Shown one piece after another: positions 27,958 through 37,191 of a stretch of DNA of 64,000 nt. How positions within the stretch are numbered: position 1 is the stretch's first letter; each line of letters starts with the position of its first letter. This DNA is from a virus (Duplodnaviria; Heunggongvirae; Uroviricota; Caudoviricetes): the IMG/VR virus record IMGVR_UViG_3300028888_000044, positions 323,539 to 387,538 of that record. The stretch is one strand, 5' to 3'. Made by a program: the position numbers and the translations under genes. The notes beneath the pieces are model-generated. The model did no database searches and was not told where the DNA came from. It was given only the letters and a program-made list of their open reading frames with translations.

Positions 27958-28145
27958 TATTAACAAATGCCCCAACCAAATTGATGGAAGGGGCATTTTG
28001 TTTAGAATAAGCTAACTGAAAGCTTTATAAGCCACACGATACCGAAGTATCCTATACATACGGTTGTCACACACACGATAAAGCAACACAGTATGAAAGC
28101 CAAGTATTTGGCATAATCGAGCACCTCTCTCATAACAGTACTGTA

Positions 28146-28672
28146 TTAAACTTCAAGCTCCACAAGAGGCACCCAAATTTTGGTACTGCCTACTCTCTCA
28201 TTGGGGGTATGCCAACTGCTTTCATCGGCATCGTTTGGAGTGTCAAAGTAATGGCGGTGTGCCACAAAATCCTTCATACGTGCCTTCTTCTCTGCTTCAG
28301 TATGTACGCCCATAACGTCCCAAATTTCTTCGTCACTCACAGTAAAGTGATTGCCCTTAAGTGGACCGTACACGAGCATCGAGACTTGCGTGGTCTCTTG
28401 CTTGTTGGCATCGAGCTTCACCACGATATGCGCGGTAGAATCATTGTTGGTATTCATACCCACTTTGACAACCTTGAAGAACGTGGTGTGATTGCCTTGA
28501 ATGCACTTGAAAAAACTGTATTCAACGTACACAGTGCGCACTTCCTTAAACTTTGGATGCTTGTCATAATCATCCTTATTAGCCTTCCACCAAGAATTGG
28601 CTGCGGTAGTGGTTGGAAACTCTGCAACTGCATTTGCAGTGCCATCGGTGTAATAAACCTTGATTTGATACA
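28146..28672 (-). CDS. hypothetical protein
   Basis: Start moved to MYQIKVYY (28672); minus -7 box CAAAgtTA at 28730..28737. Confidence 0.5.
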
Positions 28673-28840
28673 TAGCTTTGTTGTTTTTTAATGTTAGTAC
28701 TATTGTTTGTTTTTGCGGTGCAAAGTTACGCATTTTTTTTTAATTGTGCAATAGTTTACCCCAAAAAAATGCATTTTGTTTAGATTATTTAACATTTAAC
28801 CTATTTTCAGCTATAAATGACTGTTCAGAGCTGTATTCTT

Positions 28841-28863
28841 TTTCCCTCGCTGCAAAGATAGTG
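28841..28863 (-). promoter_or_regulatory. conserved box (copy h, minus orientation)
   Basis: revcomp reads CACTATCTTTGCAGCGAGGGAAA. Confidence 0.5.
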
Positions 28864-28991
28864 GTTTTTTCAATACCATCCAAATTTTTTGGCAAGAAAA
28901 TGCATTTTGTTTAGATTATTTAACATTTGACCTATAGATACAAAAAAAATGCCCACACTTTTCAGTGTAGGCATTGCAAGCATCTGCCGCG

Positions 28992-29336
28992 TTACTCTTC
29001 GTCTTCAGTGCCGATTTCAATCAACGCGCAAGCACAAGAAGGGAGAGAAGACTGTGCTTTGTGATAGACCGCCATCATAAAATCGTCAAAGACACTACGA
29101 GCGCGAATGGCATCAATCAAGTGCTCCAAATTCTTGATGCGGAGTGTCTCGATTCCGCGTGTCTCTTCACCCCACTTGATAGTGACGTGCTTTGTCACTT
29201 TGTCTTGAACAAGTGTGTAGGAGTCGGCTTCGTGGTGCTCAAACTTTGCAAGCACAACAACCTCAGTGTTGTAGCTCTTCATCAACTCAACGATAGCGGC
29301 AACAAGTGCCATCTTGTAAAGACCTTTGTAAAACAT
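28992..29336 (-). CDS. hypothetical protein
   Basis: ORF 114 aa; minus -7 box at 29395..29402. Confidence 0.5.
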   Translation of the reverse strand: MFYKGLYKMALVAAIVELMKSYNTEVVVLAKFEHHEADSYTLVQDKVTKHVTIKWGEETRGIETLRIKNLEHLIDAIRARSVFDDFMMAVYHKAQSSLPSCACALIEIGTEDEE

Positions 29337-29469
29337 AGCTTTTAGTTTTTTAATGTTAGTAACTGTTGTTTAATTTTCACGGTGCAAAGATAGTGCTTTT
29401 TTCAATACCATCCAAATATTTTGCAAAGAAAATGATTTTTATTAACATCATTTAACATTTGGAGCTATA

Positions 29470-29487
29470 GATACTTATTTTAGTACC
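29470..29487. repeat. palindrome variant GATACTTATTTTAGTACC (copy 8)
   Basis: Degenerate copy (15/18). Confidence 0.6.
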
Positions 29488-29540
29488 CAAATATATAATG
29501 AAAAATGCTCCACACTTTTCAGTGTGGAGCATCCTCTGCG

Positions 29541-30083
29541 TTAGTCGCGCTCATAGCGCTTATTGCCTTGCCAAATGCGAACGATGTTCGTGACGGTGAT
29601 GTCCTTGACCTCAACAACCTCTTCGGGAGTAAGACCGTATTCGAGCTGCTTCTTGCAAACTGAATGGCTGCGAAGGAAGGTTTTGATTTCCTCAACCTCT
29701 TCGGGAGTAGCTTCGCGCCCATCCACGAAATACGTGCTTGTTACCTTGCTATTGCCGTTAGAGGCGATGCGAAGATAAGTTACTGTGGGGTCGGTGTCCT
29801 TCGTGAGGAAATAAGGATAATCGCTCCACGAACGGCCTGTTGGCTTGTCCTCTTCGTAAGGGTGATTTTCTACGTCAATACCCAACTCCTTGGCTCTGCG
29901 CTCTATTGTGGAGCTGTAGCCTCTTCCTATAGCGATGTTGTGGTAGTGACTTGCCTTCGTCACACGTCCGTAATACTTGTTGCCCCTCTTGTTCATTGTG
30001 GGGACAGTCAGAATATCCATCTCTACACCGAAAGTGTTGCGCTTGATGGATTTAACTACACACTCTAAAGTCATTTTTGTCAT
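29541..30083 (-). CDS. hypothetical protein
   Basis: ORF 180 aa; minus -7 box CAAAgtTA at 30131..30138 (48 nt upstream). Confidence 0.55.
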   Translation of the reverse strand: MTKMTLECVVKSIKRNTFGVEMDILTVPTMNKRGNKYYGRVTKASHYHNIAIGRGYSSTIERRAKELGIDVENHPYEEDKPTGRSWSDYPYFLTKDTDPTVTYLRIASNGNSKVTSTYFVDGREATPEEVEEIKTFLRSHSVCKKQLEYGLTPEEVVEVKDITVTNIVRIWQGNKRYERD

Positions 30084-30672
30084 AGCTTTGTTGTTTTAAT
30101 GTTAGTAACTGTTGTTTAATTTTCACGGTGCAAAGTTACGCATTTTATTTGATACCACCAAATATTTTGCCAAAAAAATGCATTTTATTAACATCATTTA
30201 ACAGTTCAGCTATATTTCAGTTATATCCAAAAATTTCGCGTATAAGCGCTTTTCTATTTCAAATGATAAACTTATCCACTGAATAATTAAAATGCAAAAT
30301 AGAGCCATTTCTGCGCAAATATGGGCATATTTCCGTATATACGCGCGTATATGCGTATGCGTGGGGGTATGGATGGGTAGTGATGGGGCATATACCTAAC
30401 TATTGGGGGCGATGCCTCCCCCACCCTCCCCCTCCTACGCATCCTCTCCCCCCGACCGAGTTTTTGGGGGCTTACCAAACGGCAACGGTTTCTTGAATAA
30501 AATTTTCCAGAAATTTTTGTCTTTTTGAGGAAGGGGGTGGGGTGTTTTAATTATTGAGTGGTTTTAAAAAAATTCCAGAAAAATTTTTCTATAATTTTAT
30601 AGAGCTGATATTATAATTAATTTTGGTATTTTTTTATCGTTTCATATATTTATATAAAAATACATTTATAAT

Positions 30673-30978
30673 ATGAAAAATATAATTAGATTAACAGAAA
30701 ATGACTTACATAGAATAGTAAAGAATGCAGTAACAAGAATATTAACTGAAGGTAATCAATGGATTGGCGATTTTGGTAGAGAGAATTTCAATATGTTGCA
30801 ACAGAAAGTAAATGATTGTGGTGGGGCGTGTTCATTTTCATTGAATGGTACAGATTTTACGATAACACCTAGCCAAAGAGGTTTTTTAATACAAAGCGGA
30901 ACTGATTTTGGATATGAATCGTTTCAAATAGATTCTGCGTTGAAAGCTGCTTGGAAATATTCTAATGGTGTGAGATAA
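30673..30978 (+). CDS. protein with conserved N-terminal IRLTENxL..IVK motif (family D)
   Basis: MKNIIRLTENDLHRIVKNAVTRIL matches the N-termini of 35129..35623 and 61118..61573; terminator 31013..31048. Confidence 0.5.
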   Translation: MKNIIRLTENDLHRIVKNAVTRILTEGNQWIGDFGRENFNMLQQKVNDCGGACSFSLNGTDFTITPSQRGFLIQSGTDFGYESFQIDSALKAAWKYSNGVR

Positions 30979-31211
30979 TTATACTATTATGTAAAGTAAA
31001 GAATAAATAAGCAACCAATAAATTAAAATATTGGTTGCTTATTTTTTTATCTTTTTCCAAGAGTTTCAAAAGATTTCGATTTCGTTTTATGGAAAAAAAG
31101 ATATATAATTATCTTGTACAAACAATTAATTTTAGGCAATGATATACAATTTGGCATCAGTTGAGTAAAACAATTACTGACTGATGTCAAATTTATTTTC
31201 ATTTGAAATAA

Positions 31212-31721
31212 TTAGATATTCTGTATGGGCAAATAATATTTGCTATCTGTAAGTTTGTCTATAGGGATGATTTTTGTAAGTACGATTTTATTGGAAATGA
31301 TTTCACCGTGACGGTTCACGTGGTATTGTGTTCCCTTTGGTAGGTATCCTTCTATGAGGAATGCGTATTCATCCGAATCAATTGAATCTGCTATCGTATA
31401 GTGTGCGATGTTATATGATTTCATGTATGTTCCACCAAATCTGAGGGATGACAATCTGACTTTATTATATTCCCTATCGATAAATTTATGCACCTTGCAT
31501 TGTGTTGCGTCATAACTATGGAAACCTTGGTAACCAATGTATTTTTGAATACCTTTATGATATGATATATCCATTTCGGTATTATATTCTTTATTTAATT
31601 CATAAATGAATGAATCAAACCAGTATCCACACAATTTTCCTTTTATCTTTAAGCAAATCTTAAAGATTCTTACAGTACCGTCAGAAGTTATAGGCTTTAA
31701 TTCGTCTGAAATCCAGCACAT
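31212..31721 (-). CDS. paralog family C protein (MCW...SDGTVKIFKIC)
   Basis: One of 3 paralogs; shared C-terminal EGYLPKGTQY.VN..GEIIS. Confidence 0.55.
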   Translation of the reverse strand: MCWISDELKPITSDGTVRIFKICLKIKGKLCGYWFDSFIYELNKEYNTEMDISYHKGIQKYIGYQGFHSYDATQCKVHKFIDREYNKVRLSSLRFGGTYMKSYNIAHYTIADSIDSDEYAFLIEGYLPKGTQYHVNRHGEIISNKIVLTKIIPIDKLTDSKYYLPIQNI

Positions 31722-31741
31722 AGTTATAAATTGAATTGAGG

Positions 31742-32044
31742 TTAAATTGAATTTTTAAGAGTTGTTAGTAGAGTTGTGAAATTTGCAATTGCCATATCTA
31801 CAGCCTCGTTAGCTGTATAACTGAACCATTTGTTGAACTCATCTATATAGAAAATATTTCTCGTTATATCTTCATTCACAGTAGTGATTTTGACTACAAT
31901 CTCTTTTTTGACAAGTTCGACTTCTATTTTTTCGATTGTTAGGCGTTCAAGTTTCAATTTAGAGTAATTTACTCGGTACACTGTATCACCGACCTTCCAC
32001 TTAATATTATCAAGTGAATAAGGCATAATGTCTTCCTTTTTCAT
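31742..32044 (-). CDS. hypothetical protein
   Basis: ORF 100 aa. Confidence 0.45.
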   Translation of the reverse strand: MKKEDIMPYSLDNIKWKVGDTVYRVNYSKLKLERLTIEKIEVELVKKEIVVKITTVNEDITRNIFYIDEFNKWFSYTANEAVDMAIANFTTLLTTLKNSI

Positions 32045-32045
32045 A

Positions 32046-32528
32046 TTATATTAGTTTTATATTTGTTAGTACCATTCCATCAGAGATTATTTCATAGTTT
32101 TCGTTGATGTAGTAGGTTGCACCTTTTGGTATGTAGCCATCTACGACAACAGTAGATAAGCCTAGTGGGTCACAAAAGAAAGCGCTATAAGTTTCGATTA
32201 TTTTTTTTGTTGGAAAGTCTTTATAAGCATCAAATTTTGGCCACACCCTTGGGATGAAAATTCTTATATCATTAGAATATCTTTCTGTTTTACATTTTTT
32301 TTTCAAATAGCTATGAAACCCATTATATCCTCTAAACAAGGGATAATCCCACATGGATTGTATATTGATTTTAGTATGATATTCTGTGTTTAGCGCATAA
32401 CAAAAATCTTCAAAATAATAACTGTTTACTATATTTTTATTAAATTTGAGTGTTGTTTTACATATTTTGAATATCTTGACAGTACCATCAGACACAAGTT
32501 TTTTTAATTTATTTGATTCCCAGCACAT
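32046..32528 (-). CDS. paralog family C protein
   Basis: MCWESNKLKKLVSDGTVKIFKIC. Confidence 0.55.
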   Translation of the reverse strand: MCWESNKLKKLVSDGTVKIFKICKTTLKFNKNIVNSYYFEDFCYALNTEYHTKINIQSMWDYPLFRGYNGFHSYLKKKCKTERYSNDIRIFIPRVWPKFDAYKDFPTKKIIETYSAFFCDPLGLSTVVVDGYIPKGATYYINENYEIISDGMVLTNIKLI

Positions 32529-32546
32529 GTTATTTTGGATATTTGA

Positions 32547-32738
32547 TTACCAATCCAATTTGTTTCCTACGCAGAAACCGACAATGAAACCGATGATGTT
32601 CGCTACTGCAAGGTTAATGTTCATTAATTTGGTTGTTTGTTCTTCGGTCAATTTAAGCCAACTTGCGATTGTTAGCAACAAGTGAGCTTCAATCAAATAT
32701 AGACCGACAAATATTAAGATAAATGTCAAGACTTTCAT
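32547..32738 (-). CDS. small membrane protein
   Basis: Two hydrophobic helices. Confidence 0.4.
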   Translation of the reverse strand: MKVLTFILIFVGLYLIEAHLLLTIASWLKLTEEQTTKLMNINLAVANIIGFIVGFCVGNKLDW

Positions 32739-32744
32739 AATATA

Positions 32745-33002
32745 TTAAAATTTAATTATTGTTTCGGTGTCTCGCTTATAATCGTCACCTTGTATGCGAT
32801 GTACATAAAAACCGTCTTCGACAAGTTGTGTTTTCAATTCATCGGAAATAAACAAGTCAACTGTTGCAGAATATTCACCACTTTTTTTTGCTTCGAAAAT
32901 TGCTTTATAAACAATGTCTTGTTCATTAATCAATCTTTTTTGATTCACTCTGTCGGCATCGGCATGTGCCTCTTTTGCGGTAATTCGTCTGATATTTTCC
33001 AT
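32745..33002 (-). CDS. hypothetical protein
   Basis: ORF 85 aa. Confidence 0.45.
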   Translation of the reverse strand: MENIRRITAKEAHADADRVNQKRLINEQDIVYKAIFEAKKSGEYSATVDLFISDELKTQLVEDGFYVHRIQGDDYKRDTETIIKF

Positions 33003-33008
33003 AATTTT

Positions 33009-33209
33009 TTATTTTATTGTTTCTATAATTTTTTTCAAATATTGAATTTGAGCTGATAAGGATTCCTTATATATTTGTGTTTGCCTATTGTTCAAATTTG
33101 GCTTTGGGTATCTGTTTTCATTTATTTTTAATGCTTGTTTTTCTATTGTACCATCAACCCAAGCAGAAAATGGTTGCCAATTATTAAAATCAATTTTTGT
33201 ACAATCCAT
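33009..33209 (-). CDS. hypothetical protein
   Basis: ORF 66 aa. Confidence 0.4.
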   Translation of the reverse strand: MDCTKIDFNNWQPFSAWVDGTIEKQALKINENRYPKPNLNNRQTQIYKESLSAQIQYLKKIIETIK

Positions 33210-33214
33210 AAAAA

Positions 33215-33739
33215 TTAAGATTGATTATTTAAATAGTATTGGCTGTTTTTGATTGAATTTGTAGGGATGATTTTTGACAGCACAATTTTATCGGAGATGA
33301 TTTCACCGTATTCGTTCACGTAATATTGTGTTCCTTTTGGAAGATACCCTTCTATGAGGTATGCTGATTCATCTTTAAAGTAATTATCTTTAAGCAGATA
33401 GCTTGTGATTTTATATAATGATTTGTCTAAGCACGTTACCACACCAACACTTACCCTCTTTATTCCACCAAATATGCTACCAATTTCAAATAGCTTCACC
33501 TTGCATTTTGAAGCGTCATAACTATGAAACCCTTGTGTTCCAGTGTATGTTTTACGTTTTTCATTGTAGGTCACATCAATGGTTGTCTGATATTCTTTGT
33601 CTAGTATGTAGTTGAATGAGGTATAAAAGTAACCGCACAAGTTTTCTTGTCTTATTTTGCACACCTTAAAGATTTTGACAGTACCGTCAGAGACAAGTGG
33701 TGTTGGTGGCAATGGTGATGCGTTTTTAGTCCAGCACAT
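33215..33739 (-). CDS. paralog family C protein
   Basis: MCWTKNASPLPPTPLVSDGTVKIFKVC. Confidence 0.55.
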   Translation of the reverse strand: MCWTKNASPLPPTPLVSDGTVKIFKVCKIRQENLCGYFYTSFNYILDKEYQTTIDVTYNEKRKTYTGTQGFHSYDASKCKVKLFEIGSIFGGIKRVSVGVVTCLDKSLYKITSYLLKDNYFKDESAYLIEGYLPKGTQYYVNEYGEIISDKIVLSKIIPTNSIKNSQYYLNNQS

Positions 33740-33918
33740 GTTGTTATGTTTTTTTTTGTTTTAGAAATATATGAATTCTTCTGATGTTGAAATAACTTCC
33801 TTTTGTTCACCCCACAGTAGTGCTACTTGTACATTGCAGCCGCTATCGCAATATTTACAATCTGATGTGATAGATATTTTAAGGTTATCCTTGATTAATT
33901 GGATTATTTCTGTTTTAC

Positions 33919-34278
33919 TCATTTGACTATATATTTGTTTGGATTTGTCAGAATATCGTTAAGTTTTTTTTCAGCATCTTCCTTTGTATCGAAGTATGTT
34001 CTGTTTACGCTTGTTGTTCCGTGTGTCCATCTAACGAGTTGGCAGTTGTCAAGTTGTTTACCTTTGTAGATACATAGTCCATATTCTGATGTATAGTCAA
34101 CCCATGTGATGGTCTTGCAGATGAAATACATTGTCTTGGTGTTTATTTTTTCACCGAGGACGTTATAGTTGCTTGTTGTATATTCCTTTACGCTGTAGGT
34201 TACTGCTGTTGGATTTTCGTCACCGATTGATTTCCAACCATTGAACCAATCGATTATTTTATTGAAAAAATTTTTCAT
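33919..34278 (-). CDS. hypothetical protein
   Basis: ORF 119 aa, 4-nt overlap with upstream gene. Confidence 0.5.
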   Translation of the reverse strand: MKNFFNKIIDWFNGWKSIGDENPTAVTYSVKEYTTSNYNVLGEKINTKTMYFICKTITWVDYTSEYGLCIYKGKQLDNCQLVRWTHGTTSVNRTYFDTKEDAEKKLNDILTNPNKYIVK

Positions 34279-34994
34279 TTTTTATTTTTGATTTTTTTAA
34301 GTATTTCCAATGCCTTTTTGTTTCTCTTGATAGTCATTTTTGTAGACGTGATGATGTCAAATGCTTTATCTGGAAGTGGTGCGATTGTTTCTTCCTTTCC
34401 GTTTACAATTATTGTTGTGGTCAATGGGTAGTGTGCTTGATTTGGGTATTCGAATATTGCATCTAAACGCTTGATTTCTTCCAATAAATTTTCATTTTTT
34501 GGATTGATTTTAAAGCATTCGGTATATTCTTCGGAGAACATTGGCAAACCAGCGTTACTGTTGCAATAAAGTAATTTTACGGTAATTGTTCCGTTTTCAG
34601 ACAATTGTTTGTCTGTACATATATTGAATGGGTTTCCGTGCCATCCGTATTCACCGCCTATTTCGATATAGTCGAACAGTTCTTGTGCAAGATTGTATGG
34701 TTCTGTACCGAATAATTCAAGATAGCACTTATAGTAAGCACCTACTGTAACAATATATCGATTGCCGCACACATAGTCTTTTCCTCTGAAATATGCTGTA
34801 TCTATATGTTTGTGGTCCAATGGTACTTCATTATACACATCGAAGCAGTAATACAGATAGCGGTAATCACCGAAAAAATCGTTTTCTATCCAATCATTCT
34901 GCTTGATGACATCGTTGCTTCCATACTTTACCAAGCCCCTTTCTTTTGCCACATCGAGCAGATTGAGGATTTCATTGATTGTAATCTTAACCAT
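34275..34994 (-). CDS. hypothetical protein
   Basis: ORF 239 aa; minus -7 box CAAAgaTA near 35030. Confidence 0.5.
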   Translation of the reverse strand: MVKITINEILNLLDVAKERGLVKYGSNDVIKQNDWIENDFFGDYRYLYYCFDVYNEVPLDHKHIDTAYFRGKDYVCGNRYIVTVGAYYKCYLELFGTEPYNLAQELFDYIEIGGEYGWHGNPFNICTDKQLSENGTITVKLLYCNSNAGLPMFSEEYTECFKINPKNENLLEEIKRLDAIFEYPNQAHYPLTTTIIVNGKEETIAPLPDKAFDIITSTKMTIKRNKKALEILKKIKNKK

Positions 34995-35128
34995 ATTCTT
35001 TTATGTGTTATATATTTTTTCTTATTGCAAAGATACTGAATATATTTTATATTATCAAGATAATTTTGTTAAAATAGGTTAAAATAAAAAAAGCAACCAA
35101 TATTTGATTTATATTGGCTGCTTTAATA

Positions 35129-35623
35129 TTAAGCTCTGAAGTCATTTTTATCGAAATGTTGTTGCCCATAGAAGTTGTTAAGGTGTTGCGCTCTTCTTTT
35201 TGCTCTTGCTGCGCTTTGTGTTCTTGCCCTTGGTGGTATGAATTCTGCATTTGGCACTTCGTCAACGTAGTCTCCCTTCTTGTCCACGTAGCGTTTCAAG
35301 CTTCTGTTGCCGTATTCGTTGTTACGAGGTATATGGTTGCTTGCGAAGTATGTATTCTTATCCTTGTCATATGGATTTGCTGGTTTCATTGTCATTACAT
35401 CATTGAACAAATCGTATTCTGCGTCCTCATCGTTGTTCACGTCTGCGTAGGTTTGTGCAAGTTGGTCTGCTCTTTGCTTTTGTCCTTTTTCTATCATTTT
35501 GTCGTGAGCTGACTTGACTGTTGCATATGAAAGACCTTGGCCGTGAGCTTCGAGTATATCTCTAACGCATTCTTTTATTATATTGGTCAATTGGTTTTCT
35601 GTTAGTCTTATTCTATTTTTCAT
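35129..35623 (-). CDS. family D protein (N-terminal IRLTENQLTNIIKECV)
   Basis: Shares first about 25 aa with 30673 and 61118 genes. Confidence 0.5.
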   Translation of the reverse strand: MKNRIRLTENQLTNIIKECVRDILEAHGQGLSYATVKSAHDKMIEKGQKQRADQLAQTYADVNNDEDAEYDLFNDVMTMKPANPYDKDKNTYFASNHIPRNNEYGNRSLKRYVDKKGDYVDEVPNAEFIPPRARTQSAARAKRRAQHLNNFYGQQHFDKNDFRA

Positions 35624-35743
35624 AAAATTGCATTTTACTATAAATATAAAATAATTCTATAAAGAAATGAAAATGTATTATATAAAAATGGGGATAGTAA
35701 CTAAATACTACCTCCATTTTTATTTGTCAGCTTAATTTTAGTT

Positions 35744-36589
35744 CTAACGCTTGCCTATAGCGCTTGACATATCGAGCATCATATTGGAACCGCTCATAAC
35801 GGTTGGCACTGTGCCGTTCCACTTCTCAATCCAATCCTCTTGTACGATGAGTGGGCTAAGTGAAGCTGCGATGGTGCGGTTGTAGTATGCTTCAGCGTCT
35901 GCCTTAATCTGCATTGCCTCTGCTGCGCCCTTTGCTTCTGCGATACGAATCTTTGCCTCTGCTTCAGCCTCCTTGACTTTGTTTTCTGCCTTGAGAGCTG
36001 ACTGTACGGCTGCGTTCTTTTCGTTAATCATCTGTGCGAGTGACTGAGGAGGTGTAATCTGTGAGGTAAATTCCTCCACGATGAATCCCTCGTCCATAAG
36101 TGATGATTCGAGGCGCTTGCGCACGTCACGCTCGAAGTTTGCGCGATTTGACATAAGTGAGTCTGACGTGTACTGATTTGCGCATGTGCGGTAAGCTTCG
36201 TAGATACAAGTGCGGATGTATCCGTTCTCAAGGTCTTCGATACCCTTGCGGTACTTGACAAAGATGTCGCAAGCCTTTTCTGGGTTGATGCGGTAAGCGA
36301 TTGTCGGGTCCATCGAGAATACTGAAGCGTCCTTTGCGTTGACGTTGAATGCCTCGTAGTTCTTACGCTGAATGAATGTTGGGTAGGTGAACACGCTTGT
36401 GGTGATTGGGTTATAGAATACCCATCCCTTGCAAGTACCTTCCACTCCACCGTAGTCTTGCTCATTAGCTGACCACTTATGGAACTTGATGCCGATTTCA
36501 CCCGAATCGATTACGGAGCAAGAAGCTACCAAGAAGCAGATGAGGATAAACGCAATCACTGACGAAACGATTAACTTAATGTTGTCCAT
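35744..36589 (-). CDS. SPFH/band-7 (HflK/C, stomatin-like) membrane protein
   Basis: N-terminal TM helix; C-terminal Ala/Glu-rich coiled segment AEAEAKIRIAEAKGAAEAMQIKADAEA typical of HflC/flotillin. Confidence 0.5.
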   Translation of the reverse strand: MDNIKLIVSSVIAFILICFLVASCSVIDSGEIGIKFHKWSANEQDYGGVEGTCKGWVFYNPITTSVFTYPTFIQRKNYEAFNVNAKDASVFSMDPTIAYRINPEKACDIFVKYRKGIEDLENGYIRTCIYEAYRTCANQYTSDSLMSNRANFERDVRKRLESSLMDEGFIVEEFTSQITPPQSLAQMINEKNAAVQSALKAENKVKEAEAEAKIRIAEAKGAAEAMQIKADAEAYYNRTIAASLSPLIVQEDWIEKWNGTVPTVMSGSNMMLDMSSAIGKR

Positions 36590-36625
36590 TTTGTTTTAAT
36601 TTTTTAAAAGGTTAATATTTTTATT

Positions 36626-37078
36626 TTATTTTATTTCACCATTTTCAGTAATAGTATATTTGTTTGTGCCTATGTAAAAATGAGCAACACCATTAGTAAA
36701 ATTGCTACAATAATCAGCCCATTCCTTTATCAAGAGATTGCCGTTTTTGTCCATATAATTGTATTTCGAATGACCTTTTTTGTAAATTATTACACCAACG
36801 AAATGTTGGCTGCGCGTCACAAAAGTATCTTCAAACCAAATAGGAGAAACTAACTTTCCATCTTGATTGATAAAATTCAACTTGGTAAAAACATCAACTC
36901 TTGCCAACTCTTTCACTCCACCACTTCCAAAGGAATTAACCGATTCAAACCAATCTTTTGAAACGAGTTTTCCTTGTTCATTGATAAAATTCCATAATGG
37001 GCGTAAACCGAATTTATCAAGTTTTGAAACTCTTGCAAAACCATTTGTGAATTTGCCTACAATCTCATACTTTTTCAT
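36626..37078 (-). CDS. WG-repeat protein
   Basis: Repeats N.INQDGKLVS..WFE / YNYMDKNGNLLIKEW like the giant ORF. Confidence 0.5.
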   Translation of the reverse strand: MKKYEIVGKFTNGFARVSKLDKFGLRPLWNFINEQGKLVSKDWFESVNSFGSGGVKELARVDVFTKLNFINQDGKLVSPIWFEDTFVTRSQHFVGVIIYKKGHSKYNYMDKNGNLLIKEWADYCSNFTNGVAHFYIGTNKYTITENGEIK

Positions 37079-37191
37079 ATAAAAATGTTTTTTGTTATTG
37101 TTTTTGTTAATTTTTTACAATGCAAAGATAAGGAGTTTTTTTGGTATTTGCAAATAAATTTTGTTAAAAGAAGTTAACTGTGTTATTTTTT

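Noticed and set aside
35114-35512. 132-aa plus-strand ORF opposite 35129..35623
   Set aside because: The antisense frame of a gene with a conserved N-terminal motif shared by three proteins. The Cys/Val-rich translation has no features.
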